Source: Haplodiscus bocki | Taxonomy: Eukaryota | Length of the DNA stretch: 64,000 nucleotides | Assembly (NCBI GenBank): GCA_965655095.1 | Contig: OZ296653.1 | Location: 77,314,001 to 77,378,000 of the forward strand | Reading direction: 5' to 3' | Program-made: the position numbers and the translations under genes | Shown here: positions 38,214 to 50,346 of the stretch, piece by piece | Layout of the letters: each line of letters starts with the position of its first letter | Position numbering within the stretch: position 1 is the stretch's first letter | Notes under the pieces: generated by a model | Told to the model about the DNA's origin: nothing | The model's input: the letters and a program-made list of their open reading frames with translations, nothing else | The model's database searches: none

Positions 38214-38697
38214 TAGGAAAGCGAAATCTTCCTTTCTACAGGAACGTTTTTTTCCCATCCGTTGTTTGCCAATTGCGTTCACGCCAAATCGGCAAGTTTG
38301 TTCACGTTTCTGGACGTGAATTTTTTTCTGAACGTGTAGCAAAATTGCCGTAGAATGCGCCTGCAATAGCAAGATTTCTCAAAACGTTCGAAATTTTGGT
38401 CTTTTGTGAGAGAATAGATGGGTTTTTGGAAAAAAAGGACGCGAATTTTTTCAAAATCACCAAAAGTGGCAAATTTGCTGTAAAATGCCTATCAATTGAT
38501 AATAATTCTTAAAAAATCTTGTCCCCCCTGATTCTGAAATTTTTTCTGGCATAAAATAAGAAGATTTTGAACATTGGAAAAGGTAGAAAATTTGATGGAT
38601 AAAGAATATTTTTCCCATAAAAAAATATTCTCTTTAAAAGCCTTCGTTACCAAATTGAAGAGGAGCATTTTATGCCGGTAGTAGCCAGTTGTCTTGT
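38214..38697 (+). mobile_element. Helentron/DINE-like non-autonomous element (5' boundary approximate)
   Basis: Ends TATGCCGGTAGTAGCCAGTTGTCTTGT, homologous to 7708-7733. Confidence 0.45.
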
Positions 38698-38759
38698 TTT
38701 CAATTTATTATATTAGTTACAGTGCTCAAGCGTATTCCTTGAGGAACAATTTGAGGTCC

Positions 38760-39700
38760 TTGTTTTGTTTTGATGAGTTGTTTGCAGTGCAGTCAGTGTC
38801 AATTGTATATTTGGGATGTCTGCATCTTCGACCTCAACCGAATACTTATTAACGTTGAGGGCATCACAAACACCGTTGTTAGTTTTTTTAATTGAGGGTG
38901 CTGATCTCTCAGCTGATTGTTGTGCTACCTTTAAATATTTCGGGCGGTTTTCACTTGCTGAAGACTTTTTAACAAAATTTATATCTTGGAGCTAAAATTA
39001 CTACTTTTCCATCAGTAGTTAAAGAATCTTTGACTGGCCTGAAACTTTTTTATTGGTATCAATAAATATCTCCTGTTTTTGGGAGACGGGAAAAAAGATG
39101 AAACAAACAAATCTAAACTTTTTTACTGCAAATATTTTGATATCATATACTTTTTTTTAGAAATTTTACGAAAAACAAAAATGCGGTATGCGACCTACTT
39201 TCTTTTCCTTTATTGGAAGGTTCAACAAGGTTGTCAATAAGTTTCTGTTTTAATGACCTATGACTAGTTTGTGTTCAATCAATTTATCCATCAATCATAG
39301 AAACATGATTTTAAGTCGCCATCTTCACTTGTTGTTAGTCTCAAGGTGAAAGAAGAATGACATACGTGTCTGATAATCCCTAAATCAGCCTCATTTGACG
39401 CTGCTATTATAAATTGCCTCACGAAATCAGCAAAAGGATTTTTACCTGGTTGGGTTTTAGTTGCATATGTGATATTACAATCATCGCCTCGTCTAACAGT
39501 TAAAATATGTTGAAGATAAGTAATATGGCATTGTATTGTATGGTTTTCTTCTCCATATCTAAAATTAACATTTTGAATGAGGTCGTTCATCTGAGCTATT
39601 TGTTGGTGAAATATTTTTACATAAATTCTTATTATTCTCAGTATTGATTTATTACACATATTTTCATCTCTTAGTTGAATATTTTCAAGACTCGTTCATG
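38760..39700 (-). pseudogene. Decayed Maverick/Polinton (adintovirus-like) double jelly-roll major capsid protein
   Basis: ORF 39291-39659 (KIFHQQIAQMNDLIQNVNFRYGE...YLQHILTVRR...LTTSEDGDLKSCF) continues in broken frames to 'SLKQKLIDNLVEPSNKGK' and 'PKYLKVAQQS...NNGVCDALNVNKYSVEVE'. The last fragment matches the P(R/K)Y(L/I).V..Q...N...FD..NV motif I recall from invertebrate Polinton MCPs. Confidence 0.55.
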
Positions 39701-40019
39701 TAAAAACTACTGTCTCTGTTTAATAGGTAAATGGCAGAAAACATTCGTTGATGGTGATTTACCTGAAACGTTTTTTTTATTGACCTCTCTTTTAACCTAT
39801 TTTGCTTAGGCCATCACTTCAATCACCTTTTTCCTTTTTTTAAGGTTACGGAAAGTAATCTGGATTCTACTAAAGTCTTTATAATTTAATACGTCAAATC
39901 ATACTTGTTCAACAAATTAGCTCAGTTAATTTGTTGACAATTGAACGATACGAAGTTTCGGTTTTCAATTTCGACTTTAAAACTCATGTTTGACATTAAA
40001 TCTTTTCTCTACATCATGT

Positions 40020-41000
40020 TCCCTGGAAGTCCTTCACCAAATTTTTTCTATATTTAAGCTTTAGCACTTATAAAATGGTCATGATACATCCCCTTCGTTT
40101 TCCTCCAATAATCGTTCCCTTGACAATGAGAATTTCAACAAACATGTTATCGAAACTATCTTATCAACAACACAATCTGATACAAGATGACTGCCGGTAA
40201 TTGCTTTTGATTTTAGGCCCTATAAGGCTCCTCTATTTCCTGCCTCAGTGAAACCTATCTTTCCGCCATCTTCAGTATCTATTAGGCTATTGAAAGATTG
40301 TTTGCCAGTTTTAATTGAAAAAAGCTGTTGATTTGCATTAACGAAGCCTTCTGAAATATTTAAGCGTTCAGTTACTAAATTCAGCTGTTTTGTTTCATAA
40401 GCGTTGAATGGGAGTATGATATGAAATAGGTCACCGGAAGGTTTGATGAAAACTAAATTGTTACTTTTTTCCTAAATTTGAAAATGGCGTTGGAAGCTGT
40501 TGAAAATTTTATCAGAATTTTGAATTTTTTAATATTCAGTGTGACCAGATTGATGTGATTTTTCTTCATAACTGGAGTTTTTTAAGTTGAACGCTTTTTG
40601 TTGATGAGTTTTTAAGCTAATTTCATTCACTTAATACAATATTATCAAGAGGAATTCTTTAGTGTTGTTCAATTTCTATCTCACCTTTTGTCGAGATAAC
40701 ACTCGTAAAAAAAGGAATCTTTAGTTGATATATCTTTGTAACCAGACATTTTTGGCTTCAGAAGGCTTGTATATTGTCATCCATATCTCGCTAAGGTCTG
40801 AAGCAAAGAAATATCAAACCCTCAACTTGATATCCCGCCGAACGTCCTGAAGCAAAACAAATTTAAAATCAGATTCCTTTTACTAGTGATACATCTTTTC
40901 GTCGATTTTTTCTTCTCAGTCAACTTCCGTTTCGTCTGATTCAAAGCCTTGATCTTCGACAAAATTATCGATTATGTTGTTTAAAACATCATTAGGAGCA
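40020..41000 (-). pseudogene. Further decayed Polinton-type genes upstream of the MCP (minor capsid-like and a short conserved gene)
   Basis: Fragments 'FHIILPFNAYETKQLN' (I.IP.G.YE...LN penton-like motif), 'IVKGTIIGGKRRG', and 'LIFL..SDLSEIW...KMSGYKD'. Same strand as the MCP. Confidence 0.4.
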
Positions 41001-42299
41001 AGTAATAGGGTTTGAAAGAGGTTAAGGGAAGAAAATAAGGAACAGTTCAAAAGTTTTTAATTGAAAACTTGATTCAAATTTGGAAAAAAACTATATTTTT
41101 GCAGGGTCATGATATTATGAATTGTCAATTACGGAAAAACGTTGATTCATAGACTCTTCTGGAGGACCTCTAAAGATTATACTGATAGGATGGTAGGGGT
41201 ATACTGATTTATCCATTCATTACTGCCAATTAAATTGAGTGTATAAACTGAGTTGTTTCAAGTTTTGTACATCAAATGCATGATCGCAATTTTTCCAATG
41301 AGTCACATCGGAAACAGACAACCTGTATCATGCATCTCGGAAGAAATATGTATCAACAGACATGCTTAATCGAATGTTTAGACTTTGAAATTGATCCATT
41401 AACTGGACAGAATATTGAGTTTTCAAAACCTTGCACTGCGGAGAAATACTGTTTAAGCGAACAATCCGATGAAAAAGACACTGATTTTGAAAGATCCAAT
41501 TTTCCCTTTCTCGTGGAACAAACATTTTGAAAAGATTATCCTAGTTTTATTCAGGCAGGAAACGGAGGAAGAAGGTGAAGTCAGTTTTGGTTCAAATATA
41601 ATGATGAGGCTAATTGAAGAAAATGGTATTGCTTTAGGTTTTGCATCAGATGAAATAGAGAACAAGAGGCGCAGTCGCACTTCGATATTTTCCGTCGAAG
41701 CGGCACAAAATGATAGATTGAACATACCACAATTGATTTTCAAAAAAAAACGCATTTTTGAAAGATAAAAAAGGTTTCGATAGAAATCTTGATGGAAGAA
41801 TTCAAGCCAATGTCAGGAAGAAAATCAGAGATTGATGGGAGTAGGAGTACTGTAGTGGTATGAAAACGTCAATTTAGATCTTGATGCAAGATTTCACAGA
41901 TGTTGGTTCCGAGAAGGACCAGTTGGAATTTCAAGATATGTCGGAACTAAAATCACTTTTGCCACCTCTTGCTTAACAAGCTTCCAATTCCGACGTTCAA
42001 ATCATTTTTTGATATGCTTAGAAAGGAAGAGTTTGCTTCAAGTATAAAGCTATCGAGATTGACACCTTGAGGGAACAAAATGAAATAGGTAGAGTTGAAC
42101 AAGTAAAAGTTTGAATGCAGAGTTGTGTCAAGACTAAAAGCAGTTTCTGGCAACTCTGGTACATGAAAATTCCTCGGAGGGGTACAATTTCAACAATTTC
42201 TCAATCACCTTTTCAAACTCATGGAGCAAGCAATGGATTAAAACTTTGAAAGTAACAAAAATTAGTAGTTTTGAGGAAACCTGGCTGAGAAAAACGAGA

Positions 42300-43900
42300 A
42301 GGTTCCTTAAGGGAAAACACTTCTGGTGTTTTTTGGACTATCAGAAGTCAATCGCAGGCAACGGAAAGAATATTTGTTAGCAGTAATACGCCTCAGGAGC
42401 AGAAATCTATTTATTGCCATCTTAGTAGACGAAAAAAAACCTGTAGATGTGGTCAAAGATGACTTTGCAAGCCGAGATAAATCAAAACTAATGGCATATT
42501 CTGGATTTTTTGGTTTATCACGATTCTGATGCAAGGAAAAAATCAAGGGTTTGATTTGTCAATAAATTTCCACAAGTTTCAAACTTCTGGCAGAGAGCAA
42601 GATGGAAGATACCAAGCTTATAGTTACGGAGAAATAGGATTTTCAAAATCGGAATGAAACATGAAAGGCGACGATTGGACTATCGCAAGGTCAACAATCC
42701 ATTGCAAGGAACAAAAATGACAAAATAACCATCGAGAACTTTTTCCAAATTAAAAAATTTTCAGTGAGACTTTGATTGAAAAAAAACCTATACGTTACGG
42801 GTGACAAAAAATGATGAGTTTGTTTGTCGAGAAAATTTTGTGAGTAGAGGTTTTTTTTAGAAATTTCGGACTATCCGGACTATGATACAATGAACAAAGT
42901 CAACCGTTTTCCACCTCAACATTCCTCTAGAAGTGTTATATTTTAGACTGACTTCATGAGGGAGGAATTCGAACTCGCAGTAGCTGAGGAAGACGAGTTT
43001 GAACAATGAGCGAAATAAAAGAGGGTAGCTTTTCTTGGAAAGTTCTGACTGTCGAGACACTGATACAGGGAACACAAGTTGACCAATCCCATCAAAAAAT
43101 CCTCTACAACTAAGTTGAATCCGATGCCGTCGCTGATTGAAGAGATAAAGCCTGTAGGTTTGGTGAAATATGAGTTTGATTATCGAGAATTATTTAAAAA
43201 AATTTTTTTTTTGGAACTTTCGGACTATCAGGATACTGATGCAAAAAAGGATAACAATGATTTTCTAGTTGAAAAGTAATCTAAAAGTGCTGTGTTTTCG
43301 GTTGAGAGTTTTAAGGAGGAAATTGAACAGTTGGTGGCTGAGAATTGAAAGTTTGAGTATCGGGCGAAAGCAAATTGATTAGCACTCTTTCAGAAGTTTG
43401 GTCTGTCTGGAGTATGCTGCAAGCATCAAAACAAAAAGTTTGGTAATTGAATTGTCCTCAACAAACGGAATATTTTCGATGGACGCCTTGGTTGAGGAAA
43501 TCACAATTGTAGTTGTTGAGAAATAAGAGCTGGAATATCCAGAGAAGTCAATGTTAGTTAACATTTCTCAAACTTTCTGACTGTCGGGATTTTGATTGGA
43601 GGAGCAGAAACATTGGTTGTTCTAACGAATCATCCTCTATAAATGTCAAGTATTCGATTGAGAGCTTAGTGAAACAAATCAAGCTTATAGTTGTTGTGAG
43701 ATTTGAGTGTTCAAATATAAAAAAAATCATTTTAAATAGCGCTTTTTATACTTTTTTGGCTACCAAGATTCTGATGCGAGGAACAAAATCGATACTTCTC
43801 TAACGGAACAGTTCACCACGAGTGGAATCTATCCGCATGAGACCTTGATTGGAAATTTTCACTTGTTCATTTGCAGAAAAGTGAGTTTCAAAATCAAGAA
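42300..43900 (+). repeat. Degenerate ~175-180-bp tandem repeat, ~9 units
   Basis: The marker TT(T/C)(G/T)GACT(A/G)TC...GAT.CTGATGC and its variants recur near 42330, 42505, 42675, 42863, 43040, 43217, 43395, 43572 and 43752. Confidence 0.65.
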
Positions 43901-44205
43901 AATTCAATATAGTTGGTCTTTTTGGCATTATCTCAATGTCGATATCACAGAAAGATATGATGCAGCAGACGTTATTTCGAAAAAAATTGCATTTTTTGCG
44001 TTTGGATGCTTTAGGATGAAAAAAAAAGATACTAATACATTAAAACTGGAGAAAATTAGAGAATTAGTAAGCTTCTTTGTAAGATTTTAACACACTTTTT
44101 GTGACAGACTTATAACTTATAAACTTTATTTCCGGTTCCTCCAGGGATATTGAAATGTTTTGTCAACTTTTTTGAGAAAAATTTGAAAAAAACCATATGT
44201 TTCAA

Positions 44206-44400
44206 TTACGTCGGAGAAGGTGGTGATTTTTGAGGAAAAACCCGTTTCTCAAAACACTCAATTTTGTCGAAAAGCCCTAATTTTTGTTGTTGAAAAATAG
44301 GAACGTGTTTAGGGGTATAAAAAGGAGTAAAAATGATGGTTGATAGCAGGATTCGAACCCGCCACCTCCCACGTCCGAGCCGCGGTGACAGCCGACACAT
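44206..44400 (-). repeat. tRNA-derived SINE-like head
   Basis: GCAGGATTCGAACCCGCC at ~44346-44363 is a reverse B-box (GGTTCGAATCC). Confidence 0.45.
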
Positions 44401-45069
44401 TTATTGTAGAAGATACCAAATCTGCAGACTTAATCTCTGCGTGTCATGAGCAGTTTCAGGAAAATGAAAGAAAACACCGACTACTCAATTGAATTGTTTC
44501 CTTTCGAAAAATTTTTTCGACGTAAATTAATAATAGCAACTATTATAGAAGCAACTGAATCAATTCAGCATTGATAACGAGAAGTTTCCCGTGAATTTAA
44601 ATGATAGGTGACGTGTTCATGGAAGTTGTCAAAGTTAATGGATGTGTTCTAAGATATTCAAGTGAGTAGTTGGAAATATTGGGAAAATTATTCATCGTGT
44701 AAAGATTTCTATACCTAAAAGTTGCTGTAATTTCTTGAAGAATGAACTAACTGATTTCGTTTTTTTAAAACCCGTCGCCCCGTTTTGAATGAGCCACAGG
44801 TGGTATAAATCCATTGGGAGTCTGCATCAGTTGCACTTAGACGGCTCTGATCATCCGTTTTAAGAATTATGAGCTTGGTGAAGATCCACCCAAACTTTCA
44901 TAGTAAGTAAAAAGCACAATCCACTATCACTACACTAGACGAGGCGGAATTTAACAAAAGTGTGATTCTTGCATTGCTAACTTAGGCACGAAATTTCCTT
45001 TGCAAGTTCTTGGATATAAATAACTTTTCTCACTAAAAGTTGACCAAGTTTGTTTTTTTTTTCAAAAAT

Positions 45070-47460
45070 GTTTGAGCGGAAATTTTGTGGACTGTTTTCT
45101 CAAACTGTAATTTTTGTGTCCTTTCTGGAAAAAAGTTCAGCGATGATCATTTTACGAAAATAAAACAGGAAAGGTTTCTTGAAGATATGTAGACTTTGAT
45201 GAAAAAGTTTCCGTTTTTGAACAAAAAACTTTCGGGAGCTTCGCCAAAAATTCTTTTTATGTATCAAGAGGAACATTTTGGGGAAATGTTTTTGAAAAGC
45301 TTTCAGTTTTTAATGGTTCATCCTGGGAGCCCTAATCAAGCAATTCTTAAAAGGAGATAAAATAACTCGTCAGGGTTGTCATAGCTGCATTCAACGTATC
45401 CAGAAGAATTTTTTGAGGAAAAATAGTTTTCCTGATTTTTCTTTTGGTTTTTTTTATTGTCGGACTTTGAGCTAAACTTTTCAAGATTTTTGGCAAAAAA
45501 TCTGGTAGGGTTGTCAAAAATGTGTTCTGCGTGCCCAGAGGAGTATGTTGAAGAAATATTTCTTTCGACAACTGATTTATCATTTTGTAAAACTTATTCA
45601 GATTTTGACAAAAAATCATTCAATAGGGTTGCCGAAAATGCATTCCAGACAACAATAGTAACAATTTGGAGAGGAAAAAAAACTTCATTACTTTTTGGAA
45701 ACCGGACCAAAACAGTTTCCAACTGTGACCAAAAATTTTTCAGCAAGGTTGTCATGATTGCATTCAACATACCATGAGGACCATTTTGAGAACAAAAGCG
45801 GTGAAAAGTAAGCATTAACTTTTTGGTGGTGTGAGTGAAACAATTTAGGACTTTATGGAAAAACATTCGGCTAGTTTGTCGAAACGCAATCTACTCATCT
45901 AGCAGAACATATTGGAAAATAGGAGAACAATTTTCAAAGTTCATAAAGATTTTCGAAATTTGAGCTGAAAAATTTGGCAATTTGAGCGATATATTACCGG
46001 TTGGTGTTTCCGAGCTGCATTTCATCTGTCCATTTTGGAAAGAAAAATTCCTGAAGAAGAACAGTTGGGGAAAAATTTTTGAGAAAAATTCAGGATTTTA
46101 CTCTTTCTCTGTTCTTCCGAGCGAAACTTTTGGGGATTTTTGGGGAAAACAATCAGCTAGTTTGTCAAAACTGCAATCAACTCATCCACAAGAATGTTTT
46201 GGGAGAATTGAGAAACAAAGTTCATACAGATTTTCAAAATTTGAGCAAAAATTTCTTGCTAGTGTTTTCAAACTGAACTCTACGTCTCCAGAGAAGGAAT
46301 TCGGGAAACAAATTTGGAAGAATAAACTCAAATTCTGATAATTTTTTCGACCTTCAGGAAAGTTTTTCCAACTCTGAGCAAAAACAGTGTGGCAGAATTG
46401 CTAAAACTACATTTTAGGTGTCAGGGAAAGTTTTTTGGGGAAAAAAATGATAAAATCACAATAGTTTTAGGAGTTTGACCGAAACTTTTTGGCTGGTTGT
46501 TCCAAGCTGCATTCCACTGTTCCAGAGGAACGTTTTGGAGAAAAAATTTCGAAAAATGGTACAACTCTGTAATTTTGTGAGAAACTATATCGAAATAGTT
46601 TCCAAGTTTCAGCTGTAAACTTTCAGCAGGGGGGTAGAGTATTCTCCTCGACCAAAAAAAACATTCAGCTGAAAATATTTTGAAAAAGCTCTATGTTTTC
46701 TCTAAGTATTTTTAGCGTTAAAACTTTTCGGACGTTTAGTGGTTTTTTTCGTAGGGTTGTCAAAACTGCCTTCTACATGTCGAGAGGGATAGTTTTTGCA
46801 GAAACTTTCTTGGAATCTGAGCGAAAAATCCTTGTCTGTTGTTTTCAAATCTGCATCCCACGTGCCCAGGTGCAACATGTTCGAAAAAAAATTAAGACAT
46901 GAGACTTTTCTTATTTTAAAAAATAGTGTGGGGATTGTAAACGGAAATCATTCGACAGCGTTGTCAAAACTGCATTCTACGTTTCCAAGGGGTAAATTTT
47001 TCGAAAATTGAAAAATATTTGTTTACCTCTTTTAACTTCAGCTTGAAATTTTCGGACTTCGAGCTGAAGTTTTCAGGAGAAATGTTAGAACTGCATTGTA
47101 CCTGTCAGGAAGAACCCTTTAGAAAATGTTTTCGAAATAGTCCTCATAAACTAATAATCTTTTGAGTGTTGCAGTGAATTATTATTCTACTCCGAAGAAA
47201 AAAGTATCGGTACGAGTGTCGAAGCTGCATTCTGGAGGAACTCTTTCAGAAAAACCTGAAAATGACTTAGAAAAGGCTTCGGAGTTTAAACGAGATGTTT
47301 TCGAATTTTGAGCAAAAACATCGTCAAGCTTTATTTGTGAAAAGTCCAGTCAAAAATTCGAGTGGAAGAAAAATAGGTTTCTAATACCCCTCTTCGGAAT
47401 TTGAGCGAAAAGTTTTCCTTCCCAGAGTTGAACAAAAAGTTTAGGGCAGAGTTATCGGAA
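45070..47460 (-). repeat. Long degenerate array of the ~110-130-bp repeat family
   Basis: More than 15 variants of GTTGTCAAAACTGCATTCTACGTGTCCAGAGGAAC. Confidence 0.8.
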
Positions 47461-48544
47461 TAGCATAGGATATTGCGGATAATACCAGTAGTCTCTCGCT
47501 ATCGCTCGCGCCACTGATATTATACGACAATATCCACGCTCGCTCGTCACTTCGTTCCTCTCCGGCTTCCTTCCAGTCAGCCTCTCGCTTATATTATTGC
47601 TCGGCTACACCTCACCTGTTTTTCCTGAACCATAAAAATGTAAGAAAGCGTGTATAAATAATTCAACATTTATGTGAACGAATTGAAAAGAGAAAAGTGC
47701 ACCTGCGTTTTACGTCCCACTAGACAAATGCACATAGACATTCCGATGAGCGTCGAATTTTTTTTACTTTTTTTAAAAAAAAATTTTTGACTCTTAATGG
47801 AATGTGGAATTTATGGAACAGGTCACTGAATTTTTGTTTTTGCTTGATTGAAAAAATGGTGACTACCACAAAGTTTTTCAAGGATATCTCCATGAAGACT
47901 TATCCCATTGAGTTAAAATAAAAACCGAAGTAAACCTAATTGAATTGAGAATTTTGTTTCGAGAAAAAATTTGAAAAAATTGAACTTACCAACTTACGAT
48001 GGCATAAAGTAGACTTACCATCTTACCATGGTATACTCAGAGCTTGTCGGTCTCAATCAAAATCGGGACATCACAGTTTAATTAGTCTACCCTGAAAGTT
48101 TCAGCTTCATATCTATCACAGTTTTTGAGAAAAACAATTTTGAAAAAGATCAATGGGTTAAACCTAATTAAAAACCAGTTAAGCGTAAACTTTTTTCATT
48201 TTCCCGCGCTATACACAGATCAAGAAGTCGTCGAATGTTTGGGCAAGCGAAAAGTATAATATAACATATAAAAGATCTTAAAACGTAGAATTCAACGATG
48301 ATTTTTTCGAAAACCTTAACGGAAACCTTACCATTGGAAAAGCCAAGAACCCTAAAACTAATCCCAAACATGGTATACGTCAATGAAAAATTTTGATAAT
48401 GATGACATATTATATATCGTTGAAAAGGTCTCTAGAAACGATATTCAACGGAAACTTTTTCAAAAACCTAAACTGGAACCTTAACATCCAAATAACCCAA
48501 TAACCCTGAATTTATGCCCTCAAACATGGTATGTCAATAAAAAT

Positions 48545-49018
48545 TTAAAATAATAGTGGAGGGATGTATTCTTGAAAAGGTAATTAAATTTAGAATTCAA
48601 TGCTGATATTTTCGAGCACATCAACTTATTTCTATACCTATCTATGTATTTTCTATTATTGGCGATTTTTAAGGAAAAATTTACTCCACACTAAAGGAAT
48701 AAAATTACATTTAATACAAGTGTTTAAAACATTTTCGGAAATACTTCCTTCTAGTAAAACTATCAATTTGTTTACCTTAATATATTCATATCTTCCTCGA
48801 GATGCTATTATTGTTTTCTTCATTCCACGATTAGTCGTAATATTTTTTGTTTTGTTTTTTGTTTTATCAAAAAATTTAATGTTTTTTTTAAATTCGATTT
48901 TTCCACAATGATAATCACCAATTTTTTTATTAAGCTCTACTATTGTGTAATTTTTATTATCGTTTATTTCATTTAATTTTGGATTTTAAAAAAAGTATTC
49001 ACTGGTAACTAGAATCAT
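48545..49018 (-). pseudogene. Cassette ORF C, unit 1 (disrupted)
   Basis: Homologous to ORF 61790-62245; starts MILVTSEY. Confidence 0.6.
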
Positions 49019-49109
49019 TTATGTATTTCATTTTCTTCGAAATAATTATCACATTCGAATTGATTAATCAGATTCAGTATTACTTTTCACAAATTGATCA
49101 AAACTATTT

Positions 49110-49365
49110 ATATATAAAACAATTTCTCGTAGAGTATCTGTTTTTTTTTCAAGACGTCTTGTAGTCCACGAACCGTAAATTTCACAAATAAATTATCAAC
49201 AAAACTCAAGACATCATTTAGTTTAGATTTTTAAAATCTTCGAATCCTTGAACCAATATTCTTTTAACACATCTCAAGTTTTCAAAATCATCCTCATTTA
49301 TTTTATCAGTAAAATCATGTTTGTTCAAAAAACACAGTACATCCTTTATTGTCTTCTTTTATATT
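49110..49365 (-). pseudogene. Cassette ORF E (~85 aa, unknown function), disrupted; second copy ~59390-59640
   Basis: The two copies give METIIDILCFLNKH.FTDK...DDFENLRCVK..LV..FED...SKL.D.LSFVDNLFV.F.V.GL.DVLKK. Confidence 0.5.
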
Positions 49366-49373
49366 GTAAAAAA

Positions 49374-49918
49374 TTAAGTATTTATGTGTCTAAAGCATTT
49401 TGGAAGCCAACTATAATCAAAATCCCCAAAGTCTTCTTCAAAAAAGTTTCTGACTAGTTTTCTACAAAGCATTGATTTTGGTTGATCCATATAATGATAA
49501 AATGTAATGTAATAAGGATCGGATATGAATAATATATTTATTTCATCAACTTCGTTGTTTATATTCCTACCAAATGTAACTAGAAAATCCAGAGGCGATA
49601 CTCTTACTACTATTATCAATTCAATCATGCTTGACTTAAAAAAATACGGTTTCTCTAGTATAATTGTGTTCGGAACAGAAATCTTACTCGAAAGCACATC
49701 ATTTTCTATCCACATAACACATACAGTAAAGAAATCAAGTTTTTTTTAATGATTATTATAGTATGGTTGAGTGATATCTATCAATTTATCAATTTCAGGG
49801 TTTCTTACAACATTTTTCTTGAAAATCAGAGTTGAAAAAAATATAAGTTTCTTTGTTAAACAATGTTTTTTTTGCTTGTGTTTTGTCCTTCAGATGGGCA
49901 TATATCACATTGTTCCAT
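49374..49918 (-). pseudogene. Cassette ORF D (CxxC..H finger-like N-terminus; putative paralog of ORFs A and C)
   Basis: MEQCDIC...(frameshift)KHCLTKK...RNPEIDKLIDITQPYYNNH*KKLDFFTVCVMW, continuing in frame into the computed ORF 49374-49715. Confidence 0.6.
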
Positions 49919-50346
49919 TTTTATTATAATGTTTTCATTTATATGTGTTTTTTGTTTCCAATATTTTTTTCTACTGGTTTTCATTTTTAAATTTATAATC
50001 ATAGTTGTTAATGTTGTACCCATTATATTTATCAGTTATTTGTGAATCACTTTTTGAATCAAAGTTTCATATCCTATTTTTGATTGATAATTGTAAGGTA
50101 ATCTGATATATCTATCTAACACATCATTTATTTTAATTCGTACTTTTAATTACATTTATAAAAACATTCTTTTATCAAATGAAGAAAAAAGAAATCAATA
50201 AAATTACTAAGATAATTGTACATAAGTACATTTAGTTGTACAAAGTCTGTTAAAGTCTTGTAAAACTACTCAAACAGTCAACTATAGTTTTACAAATCTC
50301 TTATTGTATGTTTTATGAAATATTTGAAGTAATTTTATTCAAAAAA

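Noticed and set aside
45347-47011. Multiple 65-118-aa F/K/S-rich ORFs
   Set aside because: Chance frames within the degenerate ~120-bp repeat array.
48168-48383. Repeated ORFs in the non-coding part of the array (MTYTMFGISF..., MVSSTFFNFF...) and antisense ORFs over ORF A
   Set aside because: Recurrence follows from the DNA repeat; frames and lengths are not conserved and several rely on non-ATG starts.
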